This document shows positions 29,147 through 41,621 of a stretch of 64,000 nt of DNA, piece by piece; position 1 is the stretch's first letter, and each line of letters starts with the position of its first letter. Location of the stretch: contig OZ316895.1 in assembly GCA_973895155.1 (NCBI GenBank), forward strand, positions 13,884,225 to 13,948,224. The letters run 5' to 3'. The translations under genes and the position numbers were made by a program. This stretch comes from Marsupella aquatica. Taxonomy: Eukaryota; Plantae; Marchantiophyta. Under the pieces are notes generated by a model. That model was not told the origin of the DNA. It worked only from the letters and a program-made list of their open reading frames with translations, and did not search any database.

Positions 29147-32100
29147 TTTTTTCTGCAAATTTTTAAGAAATTAATATATATTCCGCGAAAACCCCACGGA
29201 TGAGGGGGAGCCAGGCAGGCCAGAAACACAAAGAGGGGGCAACAAGCCCCGCATTTGACAGACATAACAGCCTTCTGGGCCCCGAGCCGGACCAGAAAGA
29301 CCACCTAAGTCAGAGCAGCCTAATACACATAAGTCAAGTACCAAAAGGGGCAAATTAATCTCTCCCTCCCACCACCGCCACAAAGGAAAGCCCAAAGGGC
29401 TCACAACCACCTCACAGCCAAGGGGACAAACAATACACCGTCCCTCTCTACCACCACCACAACCACAAAGGAAAGCCCAAAGGGCTCACAGCAACTTACC
29501 ACATCTCCTATGGGCTCACAATAGAGCAGGGGTTACCCTTGCTAATCCACTCTAATCGTTCAGTCTTTATGTTCTCCAGGGCACCAAGAAGCCGAGTGAG
29601 ACGCCTACCAGCCTTAAGGCTGTCACAAACACCACGGATGTGATCTGCTACCTCTGACAACACAGAAATCATGTCCAGTTTCCGGCAACCTCCAATACCA
29701 AACATGTGTTCATTTCTCCCAACCCAAAGGGTCCAGAGAACCTGAAAAATGAGGAACCACCTGAGAGAGTGTATCACTTCCCTGCCAGCTGCCGCCTCTA
29801 GGAGTCCACACAGCCCACCATTCAAACAAAGCAGCGAACCTTGGAAACACTGTTGGACAAGTGTCCATCCTCTACCAGCATGAATGCACTCCCAGAAGAG
29901 ATGAGGGATAGATTCGATCACTCCCACACAGAGCTTGCAATCCCAAATGTCTTGGTCAATTTTAAGAGCACGTTCCCCAGTGAACAGACCCCGAGCAATC
30001 ACCCTCCAGATGAAGGTTTTTCCTCGCATTGATAAGTCAGATTCCCACAGTTGAGTCCACCTGCTCGACCATTCTTCCACAGTCCTCATCACTCCCCAGC
30101 GTCGATTGAGCGCCATTACATCCAGCACTGTTGGTCTAAGGAATTGGTACGATCTATAATTCTCCAATTTAAATGCCTTCAGAGGCTCCAATTTGTCTTC
30201 CCAACGCCATTGATCCGCACAGAGGTCCATATCTGAGTAGCAACCTTGTGCCCTGGAAATCAGGGCAAGAAACTCAGCGCCCCGGGCTAGAGCCGGAGCG
30301 TCAAGGCCTCTGATCAGCAAGAGACGCCCAGAAAGATCACGCCAACAATTCCTCTCAGCATCCCAGAGATCTCCTATGGCTCTAACACCCAATCTGCCAC
30401 AGAGATTGGCAACTTCCAAGATGCTCCCATTAGGAAGGGAGTGAAATCCTCTCACACAGCGAAGCGAGTCCTCCACTGACCACCGTCTCGGGAACCCCCT
30501 CATCCCGGGGACAAAGGATAAAAAAGCTCTGAGGCGTATCCAAGCCCTCCACAGTCCCCCAGTGTAAGGTACTCCACCCAAGGATCTAGGAGAACAGAGC
30601 AGTATCTTGTCTTGAAAGGAGTATTGATTCCTTCTCAGCACCTTGTAATTCATCCAGCCAGCGAGCTTTAGGTTAGCATCCAGTAGTTTAGCCCATTCTG
30701 ATTTGGGGTCATCCAAGGCTTTCGTAAACCACTGGCATAGGAGCGCATCTGAGTGACTGCGAAAATCTTTGAATCCAAGGCCTCCCTCAGCTCGAGGTTT
30801 AGCCATCCGCTTCCAGGCTACCAATGGAATCTTCTTCCCACCCTCAGCATTATAGCCCCACAGAAAATCACGACATAATGCAATCATCTTCTTAGCAAGT
30901 CCCTCTGAAGATCTCAGGAACATCATGTGGTAGATGGGGATCGCCTGCAGTACATGGCGGACCAAAATAGTTCGACCTGTAAAGGACAGAAACTTCGACG
31001 CCCAAGACGATAGCGGTGCTCCAATCTTGTCCAGACAGAATGAGTGAAGTTGATTCGGTTTTAGCCCCCATCCCATTGGAGCCCCCAAGTACTTCTGGAC
31101 CTCACCTTTGCAACTGATCCTGCACCCAGTCGTCGTCAACCAAGCAGGGGTCTCCTCCATCGCAAAGGGGATCACCGTTGACTTCTGTAGATTCAGTCTT
31201 GCACCTGTAGCAGATTCATAACAAGCAAGCAGATTCCTAACCTGTTGAAAAGTTGTGGAATGGTTCAAGGGAGGCTTGAGTAGGAAATGCGTCAGTTTTT
31301 TGCTTTCAAGGAGTAGTAATTACATAGTTTAGTGATTAGCGGAGTTGTTAGGTTTAAGGTAACTTAATAACTAGGGAAGTAGAGTAGGGAAATAAATTGA
31401 GGGAGAGGACATGTTTCTCTAAGAAGTATCAAGAGTTGAGTAAGTTATTTGGTAAGGGCGGAAAAAAGTTACGGTAGTCGGCAAGTCGGGCCGAAGGCAT
31501 GACCGATACTTTTGAGTGATAAGTTTTGCTAAGACTCACCCTATAGGTGCTAGGTAGTCCCTAGACCACACATGAAAGTCACAAAGTCAAGTGGGGTCTT
31601 AACCTAGGAGTTGTAAGTATTTTGGCAAAACTTAAAGTTACCAAATAGCGGGTCTCGGGAAAAATAGCTCATGGGAAAAGATAGGGGTTCCATGTTGCAA
31701 AATAGGTTAAATATGGTCCACTCTATCCCTGGAAACTTGTGGGAGAACTTGGTTACCTTTGGTTACTTTTTGGGAGCATCTCAAAGTTGAGAAGAATTTT
31801 GGAAAACATAAGAATTAACCCTCTTTACCTAATTTTAGAAAATTGGTTATAGGGTTTTGTTTAGATCTTAGTAAACCAGGACATAGCCCTATGTCAAGAA
31901 AATCTATGGATCTACTCAAAAGTCCTTTTGGCCTTATGGGTGATTTTTGGCGGTGGGTACAATATGGGCCGGGGAATTATAGTTTTTCCCAAATAACGAA
32001 ATCCGACTAAGTGTAAAAATGCTTCGACGAGGCTACTACAAGGCAGGAATAAGTCAAGCACAAGGTCGGCTAGGAGATGGTTGAATAGACCAGGCAATCA

Positions 32101-34208
32101 CAAGGTGAAGGAGCTTGAGTGGGAGTGGTAGTTAGTTGGACTTTTGTTGTAGTGTGACTTTGGTAGTTAGTAGGACTTTGGTCCTTGGTCCTTGGTGGGC
32201 TACTTTGGTCCTTGGTCCTTGGTGGGCTACTTTGGTCCTCTACCTTGGTCCTTGGTCCTTGGTGGGCTACTTTGGTCCTTGGTCCTTGGTCCTTGGTGGG
32301 CTACCTTGGTGTGGTGTGGAAGGAGAATAGTATATAAGGAAGAAATTTTCATTTGTTAGGGACCGAGAGTCTCATCTCTTAAGTGGAATCTCTACCTTGC
32401 CAAGGTAGGGCTAAGCTTGAGAAAGGAGGGGTGGTCCATGCTTAGTGTGGAGAATGTGTAGTGAACTTTTATTGTAAAGGTGATACAATAAAAGGAGACT
32501 TGTCAATCTTCATGTGACCATTAAGTGTGAGTGCATTTGAAGTGTATGAGAGCAAGAGAAGAGTCCATGCTATGGTGTAATCTTGGTCTAAGCTCAAAGG
32601 GGATGTGCTAGAACAAAACCAAGGCCAAGGAGGCAAGGTTAAGGTAGAGCACTACTTTGAGACTTAGAAAGGATTATAGCTTGAGGGTGGAAAGTACTTT
32701 GCTTGGTGTGTGGTGTTAACAAGAAGTAAGAACAAGAGGAAGAGTCCTTAGATAGAGGAGCCTTCTCTAGAGCTCAAAGGGGATGTGTGGACCCAAACCA
32801 AGGCCAGGGGGCAAGGTTGAGGGGTAACACTACTTTGAGGGTCTTGAGGAGACTTAAGCTTGAAGAGGAAAGTACTTTGGTTCTTGGGTGTTTGTGTGAG
32901 ACTCTTCTCTAAGGTGACAGCTTGGAGCGGAGATCCCCCTTGCTGATCCTTGGAGTAGAGGAGAGAGGAAGGGTGTGAGTACCAAAGTAGTCAAGGGGAC
33001 TACCTCTCTAGAAGTGGAGAGTTGAAACTACTTATGTATGGAGTGATTAGTTATTGTAGGCACATTTCAGAAGTTTTGTCAATCCTTTGTGACCCTGGTA
33101 TGATATGGAGCAGGTATTAGGTAGTCTTTTGGGGAGAAAAGCCGCTTAAGCTCCTTGACAAGTGTTTGACAAAAGCCCTCTCATTTGCAAGGATGAAAAT
33201 CCCCAAATCATCCGCAAACAACCTATAACATATGGTAAGATTCTCAGATATTCTAATACCACATAGACGTCCAGCAGATAATTCAGCATCCATAAAGTCC
33301 ATCAAGGGTTGTGTAGAGATCACAAAAAGGAGAGGAGACAGAGGGCATCCTTGCCTCACCCCCCTGCTCAGTCCAATAGATCTAGATAGTAAACCATTTA
33401 CTTGTATCTTAGAGGTCGCACCCCTAAGAAGAGCCTTCACTAACCTAATAAAATGGCTCCCAATCCCTAATAAGTGCATCGAATCCCAAATATAATCACG
33501 ACTTACTCTATCAAAGGCTTTTTCAAAATCCAATTTTAGAAACAACGTGCCTTTTCTTCTCTTACTAACCCAGTCGCCAGTTAGCCAGGCCACCGAGATA
33601 TTCTCCAGGATGTGTGGGCCAGGAATGAATCCAGTCTGTTGTGCGCTAATTAACTGAGGAAGCAGTATCTTCAGTCTGAGGGCTAGAAGCTTGGCAATGA
33701 TCTTGTATATCGTGTTTAACATTGTTAGGGGCCTCCAGTCCTTCAAAAAACGTTTATCAAACTTCTTTGGAATGAATTTGATCAGACCGTCACGAATTCC
33801 AGACGCAAGCTCCCCAGAAAGCCAAAAGGCCTGGATCATTGCAGTTGTATCGTTATGCAAAAAAGCCCAACAAGCTCTAAAGACCTCCACTGTCAAACCA
33901 TCTGGGCCAGGCGTCTTGTCAAATGGGAGAAGCCAGACTACATCTTGGATTTCTTTTCTTGATGGCAAATCTTCTAGCATCTTTACCTTTGCAACTGTCA
34001 GTGCAAAGTGTGTATGCTCCAGTAATTTCCTTCTCTGTGTCACCTGAGAGCTCATCTCTTCTCTATCAGGGGCAGCCGGCGAGTAAAGCCGCTCACAGTG
34101 TCGCTCTACTTCTCGCAAAATCTCTACTGGATCCGTAACCTTCTTTCCATCTTCCTTCACCAGAATCTTCATAGCTTCTCGTGCCCTTTTATCTCTCACA
34201 GTAGCAAA
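29147..34208 (-). mobile_element. 5'-truncated L1-clade LINE (RT + zf-RVT), split by a solo LTR
   Basis: 17-bp TSD ATGGTCCTGTACTATTT at 29130-29146 and 34209-34225; short A tail at the 3' end. KTPGPDG, WRPLTMLN..YKIIAK, LKLDFEKAFDRV, RGVRQGCPLSPLLF, LFADD (34199-33172) continue after the LTR as KYLGAP..GGLGF..CKLC..ESIPHLFWEC (31253-29508); the reconstituted junction ERAF-QQV is in frame. Confidence 0.94.
31254..33171. mobile_element. Solo LTR (about 1.9 kb) inserted in the LINE RT
   Basis: TGT...ACA termini; 5-bp TSD AAAGT/AAAGC (31249-31253, 33172-33176); removal restores the LINE frame. Internal TATATAAG at 32331, CTTGGTC(C) tandem array at 32176-32310 and a duplicated block at about 32590 and 32770. 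Confidence 0.85.
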
Positions 34209-36317
34209 ATGGTCCTGTACTATTTGACACGTATGATGTATCTATTGCGTTAAATGGAATTTTTCCATCCACCACATGTGTTTGTCCTGAATCTATCCTC
34301 CGGGAAATAAACCTTGAAAGGTTAGGAGAAATAGGAACTAAAGGTTCTCGTGCTACTTTCACAACTTTTCTCTCTCGTACATTCTCAAAAAAGTCTGGTT
34401 TGTGCTTCTGTCCTCTCCTCTGTAGGATCTGAATAGCCTCAAATTGCAAGCCTTCCAAGGTCTTGTTGTCTCTATGAACCTGCTCATTTTCCGCTTTCAA
34501 CCTCTCAATCTCGTGCTTCAATTGTTGGGTCTCTGTACCCAGGGTTTTGGAGTTTGACACCTCCTTCAACAAGGCAGGCCATAGCTCCTCACAAAACATG
34601 GACTCCATGTGAGTGAAGTATTCTTTCACCTCTTTACACGTTTCCAAATATGTCTTAGCAAGATCCTTCAAGTTATCTCTGCTAGCCATTGTGTCCAACC
34701 TAACTCTGAAAGGAAAAACCAAATTTGACACTAAAGTTTGCATGAATAGTTTAATATGTGGCCTGATCGGTATGTACAAGGTTGGTGCATACAAGTACTA
34801 ATAATTCGTGCACAAGTCTGTCTACTCGCTCTTCATGGCCTCCTCTTCATGGCCTCCTTGTCAGTTTTGAACTAAATTGTTTGCCTTCTAGTACATGGCC
34901 AATTTTACAAGTATTGTTACAGTTTGGATTATTTACTCTCTCCTAGTGAAACTTGTCTATGAACGCGAGTAGAGAGTATAGTCGGGGTTCTGGTCTCTGC
35001 AGTACTAATCGGGGCCCAAAGTAGTTCACGGAATGAAAGGCATTGAAGTCTATGACTTCATAGACTCTCCACATAAATGATCGAGTTCCAGTCGAAAGCA
35101 AGGAAGTGAGATGAAGTGAAGTGAGGACAGGAAGTGAACGGAAAGGAAAGGAAAGGGAAGGAAGAAAGGAAGGAACACCAACGACGCAGCGCAACTAGGT
35201 CTGTTGCTGCTGTTGCCTCAAGGCTTTACTGAGAGAGCTGAAATTTTTCAACCATATGTGCGATGCAAGAGCCTAACAATTCTACAGCGCTATCAAATAG
35301 AAATCAGGATCGAATTGAATGTCGCTGCAAACATTCAATGTGATGGCGAAATTCAATACTTCACATGCGGAGCTTCGTATATGACAGAAACACAGGAATC
35401 TCCAAACCTTGGTTCTTAGATCGAGTCCACAGCAAATCGTTGGCTCCTGGATGATTGACAATTAATGTTCTCCACAGACTATCCTGCACCGGGTGCTAGA
35501 ATGACGTACAACGCTCTTCTTGCCAATCGCAAATTGTTGATGCAATAATGCTGACAGCCTTCCCAAGATTCAATTTGCATGAGAACTCAATTCGCAGCCT
35601 TCAATCGTTTGCATTTTTCACCTTCAATTTGCAACATGTCTGTGTATTTCTATTTCCGTGAAGGTGAGCGATCATGTCTCGACAACCATATGCAGGGGCT
35701 CCTGGTGTTTGCAGGGCGAACACCAGGGGTGGGGAGCAGGTGCACAGTAAACTTGTCGAGAAGTCAGTGTGCAACACGTGTATCCTGTGCCATTTTGTTT
35801 TATTATCAGTTTAAAGTTCGGGACCTCAAGGGCCGCAAAATTTCCGACCCTTGCCCTTGCAAATCCAGCAAACAAGCCGTCACGACTGTCGGTCTGTTGC
35901 TTCATGTACAAATGCCACGGGTTCATTTAAGGGTCGGAACATTCAGGACCTTGCACATGCAAGATGGCCCTTAGTTGTGTGCCTTTGGGGACCTTTTTGA
36001 GGGTCTGTTTGTTGCCCACCCCCCTCTTGGGACGTGTCACTTATGTGGGGCCCGTTCCAGGGGGTGCACTTGCTAGGGCATGCGGCGCCTCTCATCGGGC
36101 GGCTTTTGCGGAGTGTTGATTGGCCGCACTGGAGGGTTTTGTGGGGTCGACACAGTGGGTCATTTCCGGATTCAGGTTCTTTGCTATGAACATCCACCGT
36201 TTGTTTTGACCTTTGTTTTGTTTTTGTCATTCTTCCTTTCTTTCGTTCCATTCCATATCTTTGTTTTCTTTTTCTTTTTCTTTCTTTCCTAATGAACATT
36301 ATGCTATGGAGCCCTCT

Positions 36318-37790
36318 AGTGGTGGACCTTGCCACCCAGCACCCTCACCAATCCCAACACTCACCCCTAAGTGCCCCTAGTGCCCAAACGCCTCCATGGA
36401 ATACCTTGAGCAAGTATCCTAGTGCCCCTTGCACTACCGATGGCCCCTCCCATACGAAGCCGCACTTGCTCTCCTACACGACCATTACTCAACGGTCCTC
36501 ACTGTCTGCACAAGCAACCAAGCACCTTGGTAAGTAACCCTTCAGGATCTAGAACTCGCCAAGTCTAGCATCCTAACTCAGCTCAACAGACGTTGGTAAA
36601 TAGGTCAGTGATAGGTCCTCCCGATGCCATAAGCCGGAACCAGAACCCACGCCCACTGTTCATCCAGAACAGCTCCTTCCTTGGGCGCGGCCCGGGTTCC
36701 CCCTTGTACCTATCCATCACCAACTGACGGCCCTGACCTCAGGACATGCTCATGCCCAAAATAGCGTAGCTTGTCCTAAAGCTTGTCCTAAGACGCCAGG
36801 ACCAGAATGGCCCCGCCTCTAGCAACCAACACCCGCTTCGCCTCATTGACGGTCTAAGGACCGAGCACTCTTAGAACTCAACCTCCATACCTACTTGGCC
36901 TTGCGTCCCCAACGCAAGCTCCCTTGGGAGACTGAACGCGGTTTGGCTGCTGTTCGGCAGGATATGGCAAGCAGGCGAGTTAACACCCTCAAACCCCAAG
37001 AACCCAAGGTGCCCCCAGACCCAGTTGAGCTCCTCCTGAGAGCTTTCCAACGCACCCAAGAAGTCCTCCAACGGACTTCCCATTGGGAAGATATTGTCGT
37101 TTCCGTTTGGCGGTTTTCCTTAGTGTCGCGACCGCCGCGGCTCACGACTTTGGCTCGCCCTTAGCCCCCAGGGAGACACCACTCCCCTCATATATGTTTT
37201 TGGAGACCTGCCACCCTTGGACCATCTTTGGTCCCTAAACATTTGGCCTCCAACGCGGATCCTATTGCGCATAATGGGCGCGCCACCAACTAGCAACGCC
37301 CATAACTTTCTCGTTAGGCATCCTCAAGCAGAGTGCCTTAGCCCGTTGTGATTGGGCCGACCCAGTGCTCATGCCTAGGCCCTCAGGTCTCATCTCCGCT
37401 TGGGGGCCCCAATCGGCCCAACCCGGATCGGGCCATAACTTGCGCCCCAAGCGTCCGTTGCCCATGGCGTCAACTTCATGGGCCTTAGGCCCAAGAGGAG
37501 CTCACACTCAAGCCCTCAGAACTCAAAGTCCATCCAGAGGCCCGGACGACCGTCCTTGAGCTTGACTTATTTCCCCTTGACCCAACCAGCTCTCAGCTAG
37601 CCCAAGTCCTTAGTGTGTGTCACCAGCTTGGCTCCTTGCCTTCGCTAGCGCCACGTCTCGTCGCTCACAAGTCTCCCCATGCTAAGTCCTCCCCGGATGG
37701 CCTATCCAGGCCTGGACCATAAGGGAGCTCGGCGTCGGAGTCAACGACGTCGGAGCTAAGTGTTAAGGTAGTCGAGTTCCGCGACTCCTC
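36318..37790. repeat. Left arm of a ~1.47-kb inverted repeat
   Basis: Reverse complement of 41622-43105 along its length (AGTGGTGGACCTTGCCACCCAGC.. to ..GAGTTCCGCGACTCC); roughly 80-85% identity by eye over the segments compared. Confidence 0.85.
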
Positions 37791-37799
37791 TCCTCTTTT

Positions 37800-39350
37800 G
37801 AGTTCCCCCCTCGCACCCTTGTTCCATCGGCTTCCCCTTACTCCACCACTCGTTCTGCTCGTCGGCATCGTCCCTCCTTCCCCGCCCCCCCCCACATCCC
37901 CCTCCGATTCCCATCTCCAGTGTGATGCTTGTCACAGTTGGTACCAGTCATCTGGTTGGACTCACCATCGACGCCCTTGTCCCGCCTTTCGTGCATCCTC
38001 CTCCACTTTGCCTCCACCTCCCACCCTCCCAATCCCTCCGTCTGGCCCTCCATCCTTCATCCAAGCCAGGATTATGTATCCGGCCACACCGGGTGGGTGT
38101 GAGAGTGTGGTGCATGGCCTGCGTGCCACCTTGGACATTCACCCCGATTGGGCAGTCATTCAGGTTGATGTGACTAATGCCTTCAACTCTATATCTCGTC
38201 GTGTCATTTTTGAGGAGCTTAGGGATGTCGGGGTGAGATTGCTTCACTCATCCCCTTTGCCCCTTTGGTCTACCATCTTGGTTCCGGGTCCTATGTGACC
38301 ATTATGTTGGAGGCTGGTACTCTACAGGGTGATCCCCTTGGAGGGGCATTGTTTGCACTAGCTCATCTCAGGGCTTTGCATGCCTCATTTGTCACTTTCC
38401 CTAGATGTTTTTTCCCTTCCGTTGCTGATGATACACATATTGTGGGCCCAGTTTCATTTGTAGGGGATGCTTATGTCCACTTTGTGGCTCAGCTTTTTGT
38501 CCTTGGTCTATTAGTGCAGCCGAAGAAATGTGGTGTTTGGTCTTGTCTCCCTCTCCCAGACTCTTTCACTCCCCCTCTTGGTATCCCCATTCATCCAGGC
38601 TGTATTAGGGTCCTTGGGGTGCCCTTTGGGGGGCGGTCTTTGAGCAAAACAAATTGCGGGCGGCCTTGTCCCATGATGTTTTGCACCTTGACCAGTTTGG
38701 GGCCTTGGGGGACGTTCACATTACCTTCTTGATTATAGTGTTGTGCTTTTTTTGCCGTCCTTCCTATATTCTCCGTACGGTCCCTCCTATGGCGATGTTT
38801 TTGTACTTGCTCTCTTCATTTGATATTATGATGATCAGAGTCTTTGGTCACCTCATCGGTCTAGGAGCCCTTGATGGAGGGGACGGATCTTTTGCGACTA
38901 CGCAGGTGGCCTTGCCCCCATCGGGAGGTGGGATGGGGGTATCTTAGTTGTGGCCACTGCTCCTTGTGCTTGTTTAGGTAGTTGGGCACAAGTGGCTCCT
39001 GGCTTGGCATCGCGTTTCATTGTGGATCTTTGGCCTATCCTCTTTGACTCAGTCATGGGAATGGAGAACGGAGCTCTCCCTTTTCAGGTCCAGCTTTGTC
39101 ATGCCTGGTTGTTGTTGCCGACAGATGTGCAGAGTGTGGTCCCTACTTTCGAGGAAGTGGTTTGGACAATCCGGATCGGGTTCGACACATGATTTCTGAT
39201 TGCATGCATCGACAGACCCTTTCTAGCATGTTGTCCAAAGCACCTTTTGACTTGGTCCAGACTCGTCTCTTATCCGGTTCAAGCGTTGGTTTGGGGGCTT
39301 GGCTATCGGCTAGCCCATTGTGGGCCCCCTTTTGTATGACTTCTTTTTGT
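37800..39350 (+). mobile_element. Degenerate CRE-clade (restriction-like-endonuclease type) non-LTR retrotransposon fragment
   Basis: N-terminal C-x2-C..HH..C zinc-finger-like LQCDACHSWYQSSGWTHHRRPC; RT motifs TPGGCESVVH, QVDVTNAFNSISR, GTLQGDPLGGALF, SVADDTHIVG, RVLGVPFG; downstream LPPSGGGMG, APCACLGSW and RLLS..GAWLSA resemble CRE elements. Several frameshifts. Confidence 0.75.
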
Positions 39351-41621
39351 CATCGTAGTGGAGCACAAGGAAGCAGCAAACCCAAGCCAGGATTATGTAT
39401 CCGGACCAGTCTTCTCCCTTGATGAGTGTTGTGTTTAGCTTAAGAGGGGTGACTTACACCATAGAACTTATTTACTAACCTATTTCAAGGAACCTTTTTT
39501 CTAGCCCTAGGTTACAAGGCTTTACACAAAGAAAACACACACCTACTAATACTACTTACAACTCCTATAATGCCACCTTATAGAACACCTTTTGGAAATT
39601 CAAAGGTCTTATCCACAATAGATCAAAAAGGGGTACCAAGGCACAAATTAATTGGCAAAAGGCATGGTTGTGCATAGTTCTCGTTATTCTAACCCTCGCC
39701 TTCAAAGTCCTTTTTACACGTTCCCAAATCCAATGTCCTATAATGATGGTATCTGGACCAAGAATAGGGCTTTGAGTTTGGCCTAGGTTTATCCTGGACG
39801 TCCACTCAAGGTCCTCTGCTCCGTCCAAACCTCCTCTAGGTACCTCCTCCTCTAGTCTGACCACGAGGTCACGAGACAGTACACAATGGTGGGGTGACCT
39901 TTTTAGCAGTGTCCAAACCACCTGGGGATAGAAAAAAGGGGAGACTACCTCTTTTCCCTAGACTACCCCCAAGACGCACGCATTATGTTAAGGCAACACA
40001 TAAAGGGCCCTAGTCCAATGAGTAATTTCACTAAATGCAGGCATGAGGTACAACCTGGAAGCTTAGTTCCTGCTAGACTTCCATGCCCACCTCGTCATTG
40101 TAGCTCTTCATCCTTACTCCTATTGTAGGCAAGACACACAACCAAGAAATAATCTAGCTCATTTGACCTTGACACTGGTTCGGACAACCTGAATCCACAG
40201 GAAGATAGCCTCCTATTGTCACTAATATTGTTAGTGTTCGAACCTCATTTCCTTGACAACAATCTCTACTAGGTATTCAACAAAGCCTAACGTCTAAGAG
40301 CAGAGAAAGAATATTTGTACACCAATGCAACTTTGCTTGCAAGAACGCACGCCATGTAACTGAATAATATTTCTCCCTGTTACTTCTGGCCAGGGGTTTA
40401 ATTAAATACTTACAGATTGCCCTAAGAATGGGGCAGTGGCTACCTAATCCTAACTACCCATCATCCTCCTAACTTACTCCTGCTCATCTAATTCTTCCTC
40501 CCCATGTATGACAAGTGGCAACCCTAATTCTCTCTCATGCCTGGCTTCCCACTCGACTGCCTCTACGTTCCTAGCCTCTATTGCTTGAATGTGATGGCGA
40601 GCCCAGTGCTATCGACGCAGCTCATTCCAATGTCTTAATTGATGCTCGTCCCTCTTTCCCAACATCTCGCCCGCTATCACCCACCAATTGTGGTATTCCT
40701 CATAAGAATCAAGACCCCATTCATCCTCAATTTCAATCTCTTCATCAATGGTGTCTGGGTTAGGTTGATACACTATAAGGTATGCCCAATTTGGCGTTGG
40801 CAGTCTCCACATCTAAGTATGGGGTCCTCCCCCATCAAGAATTTGGCGGAGATGAATAAATTATATATTCAAGCAGTTGTTGGTCCCACCTAGCTAAACA
40901 ACTTCCACATAATCATACCTTTACACTGCATCTCCCCATTAAGGCCCACGCTAATCTCGCTTGCCCTCCTGGATTGGTCCACTGCTTCAATCAAAGAATG
41001 CTCAAAACAATACCATCAAAAATAGCAGTGGTCCTTTAGTGCTTGTGCATATGGATATTGACTCGTAATGGCATCTATCCATAGCGTGATTTGTTTTAGA
41101 AGGCTTACAGGTGGATGTGCATCATGCTTGGGTAGCCACACTCTAATCTTGGGATCATGATGCTATCATATTGAGTGGTATGCCGCTATGGAGTTTGTCT
41201 CCAATTGTAGACCAAACTTGTCTTCACCTGTCTAGGGACTTCCATTCATGAACCCCTTGGTAAACTGATGTGGCATCTAGAAGATTGCAGGACCAAAGTA
41301 ATTCCCCAATCTGTAATTATGTACACTCTCTTCTAATCATTTAACTACATTATCCGTAGGGGTTATCCTTTCCCAAAATTATGTCTTCTCCCAAATGCCC
41401 ATATCTAAGTCAGTCTGATCAAAAGGGAATTAACTTGTCAATCCGGATGGTATCTCCAACGTAGGCCACTATGGCCGGATCTCTACCTAACCAATAAAAG
41501 TGAGTCATGGCAAGGTGGGTGAATTGGGGTAAGACAGGAAGATCTACAAAACTCATCCACTCATTGGATACTACGGTGTGGGAAGTGAAATAAGGATTGA
41601 AGATCATAAGTATCTCATTCC

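Larger units (their letters stand above)
29047..34689 (-). pseudogene. Third Harbinger ORF (187-aa coiled-coil protein of unknown function), split by the LINE insertion
   Basis: 34689-34209 (MASRDNLKDL..QQLKHEIERLKAENEQ..VSNSTGP) joins 29129-29047 (STHDRDAIP..DLGP*) in frame once the LINE and one TSD copy are removed; NSTGP appears on both sides of the insertion; a polypyrimidine/CAG acceptor lies just upstream of the ATG. Confidence 0.7.
24775..35970. mobile_element. PIF/Harbinger DNA transposon, full length, containing a nested LINE and solo LTR
   Basis: Left end GGGCTGTCTTGCATGTGCAAG..TCCTGA..CGACCCTTA; the right end reverse-complements to GGGCCATCTTGCATGTGCAAG..TCCTGA..CGACCCTTA. TTA TSD at 24772-24774 and 35971-35973. 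Encodes a DDE nuclease and a Myb/SANT protein. Confidence 0.93.

Noticed and set aside
39420-39990. Possible solo LTR starting TGATGAG
   Set aside because: No convincing matching end, TSD, PBS or PPT.
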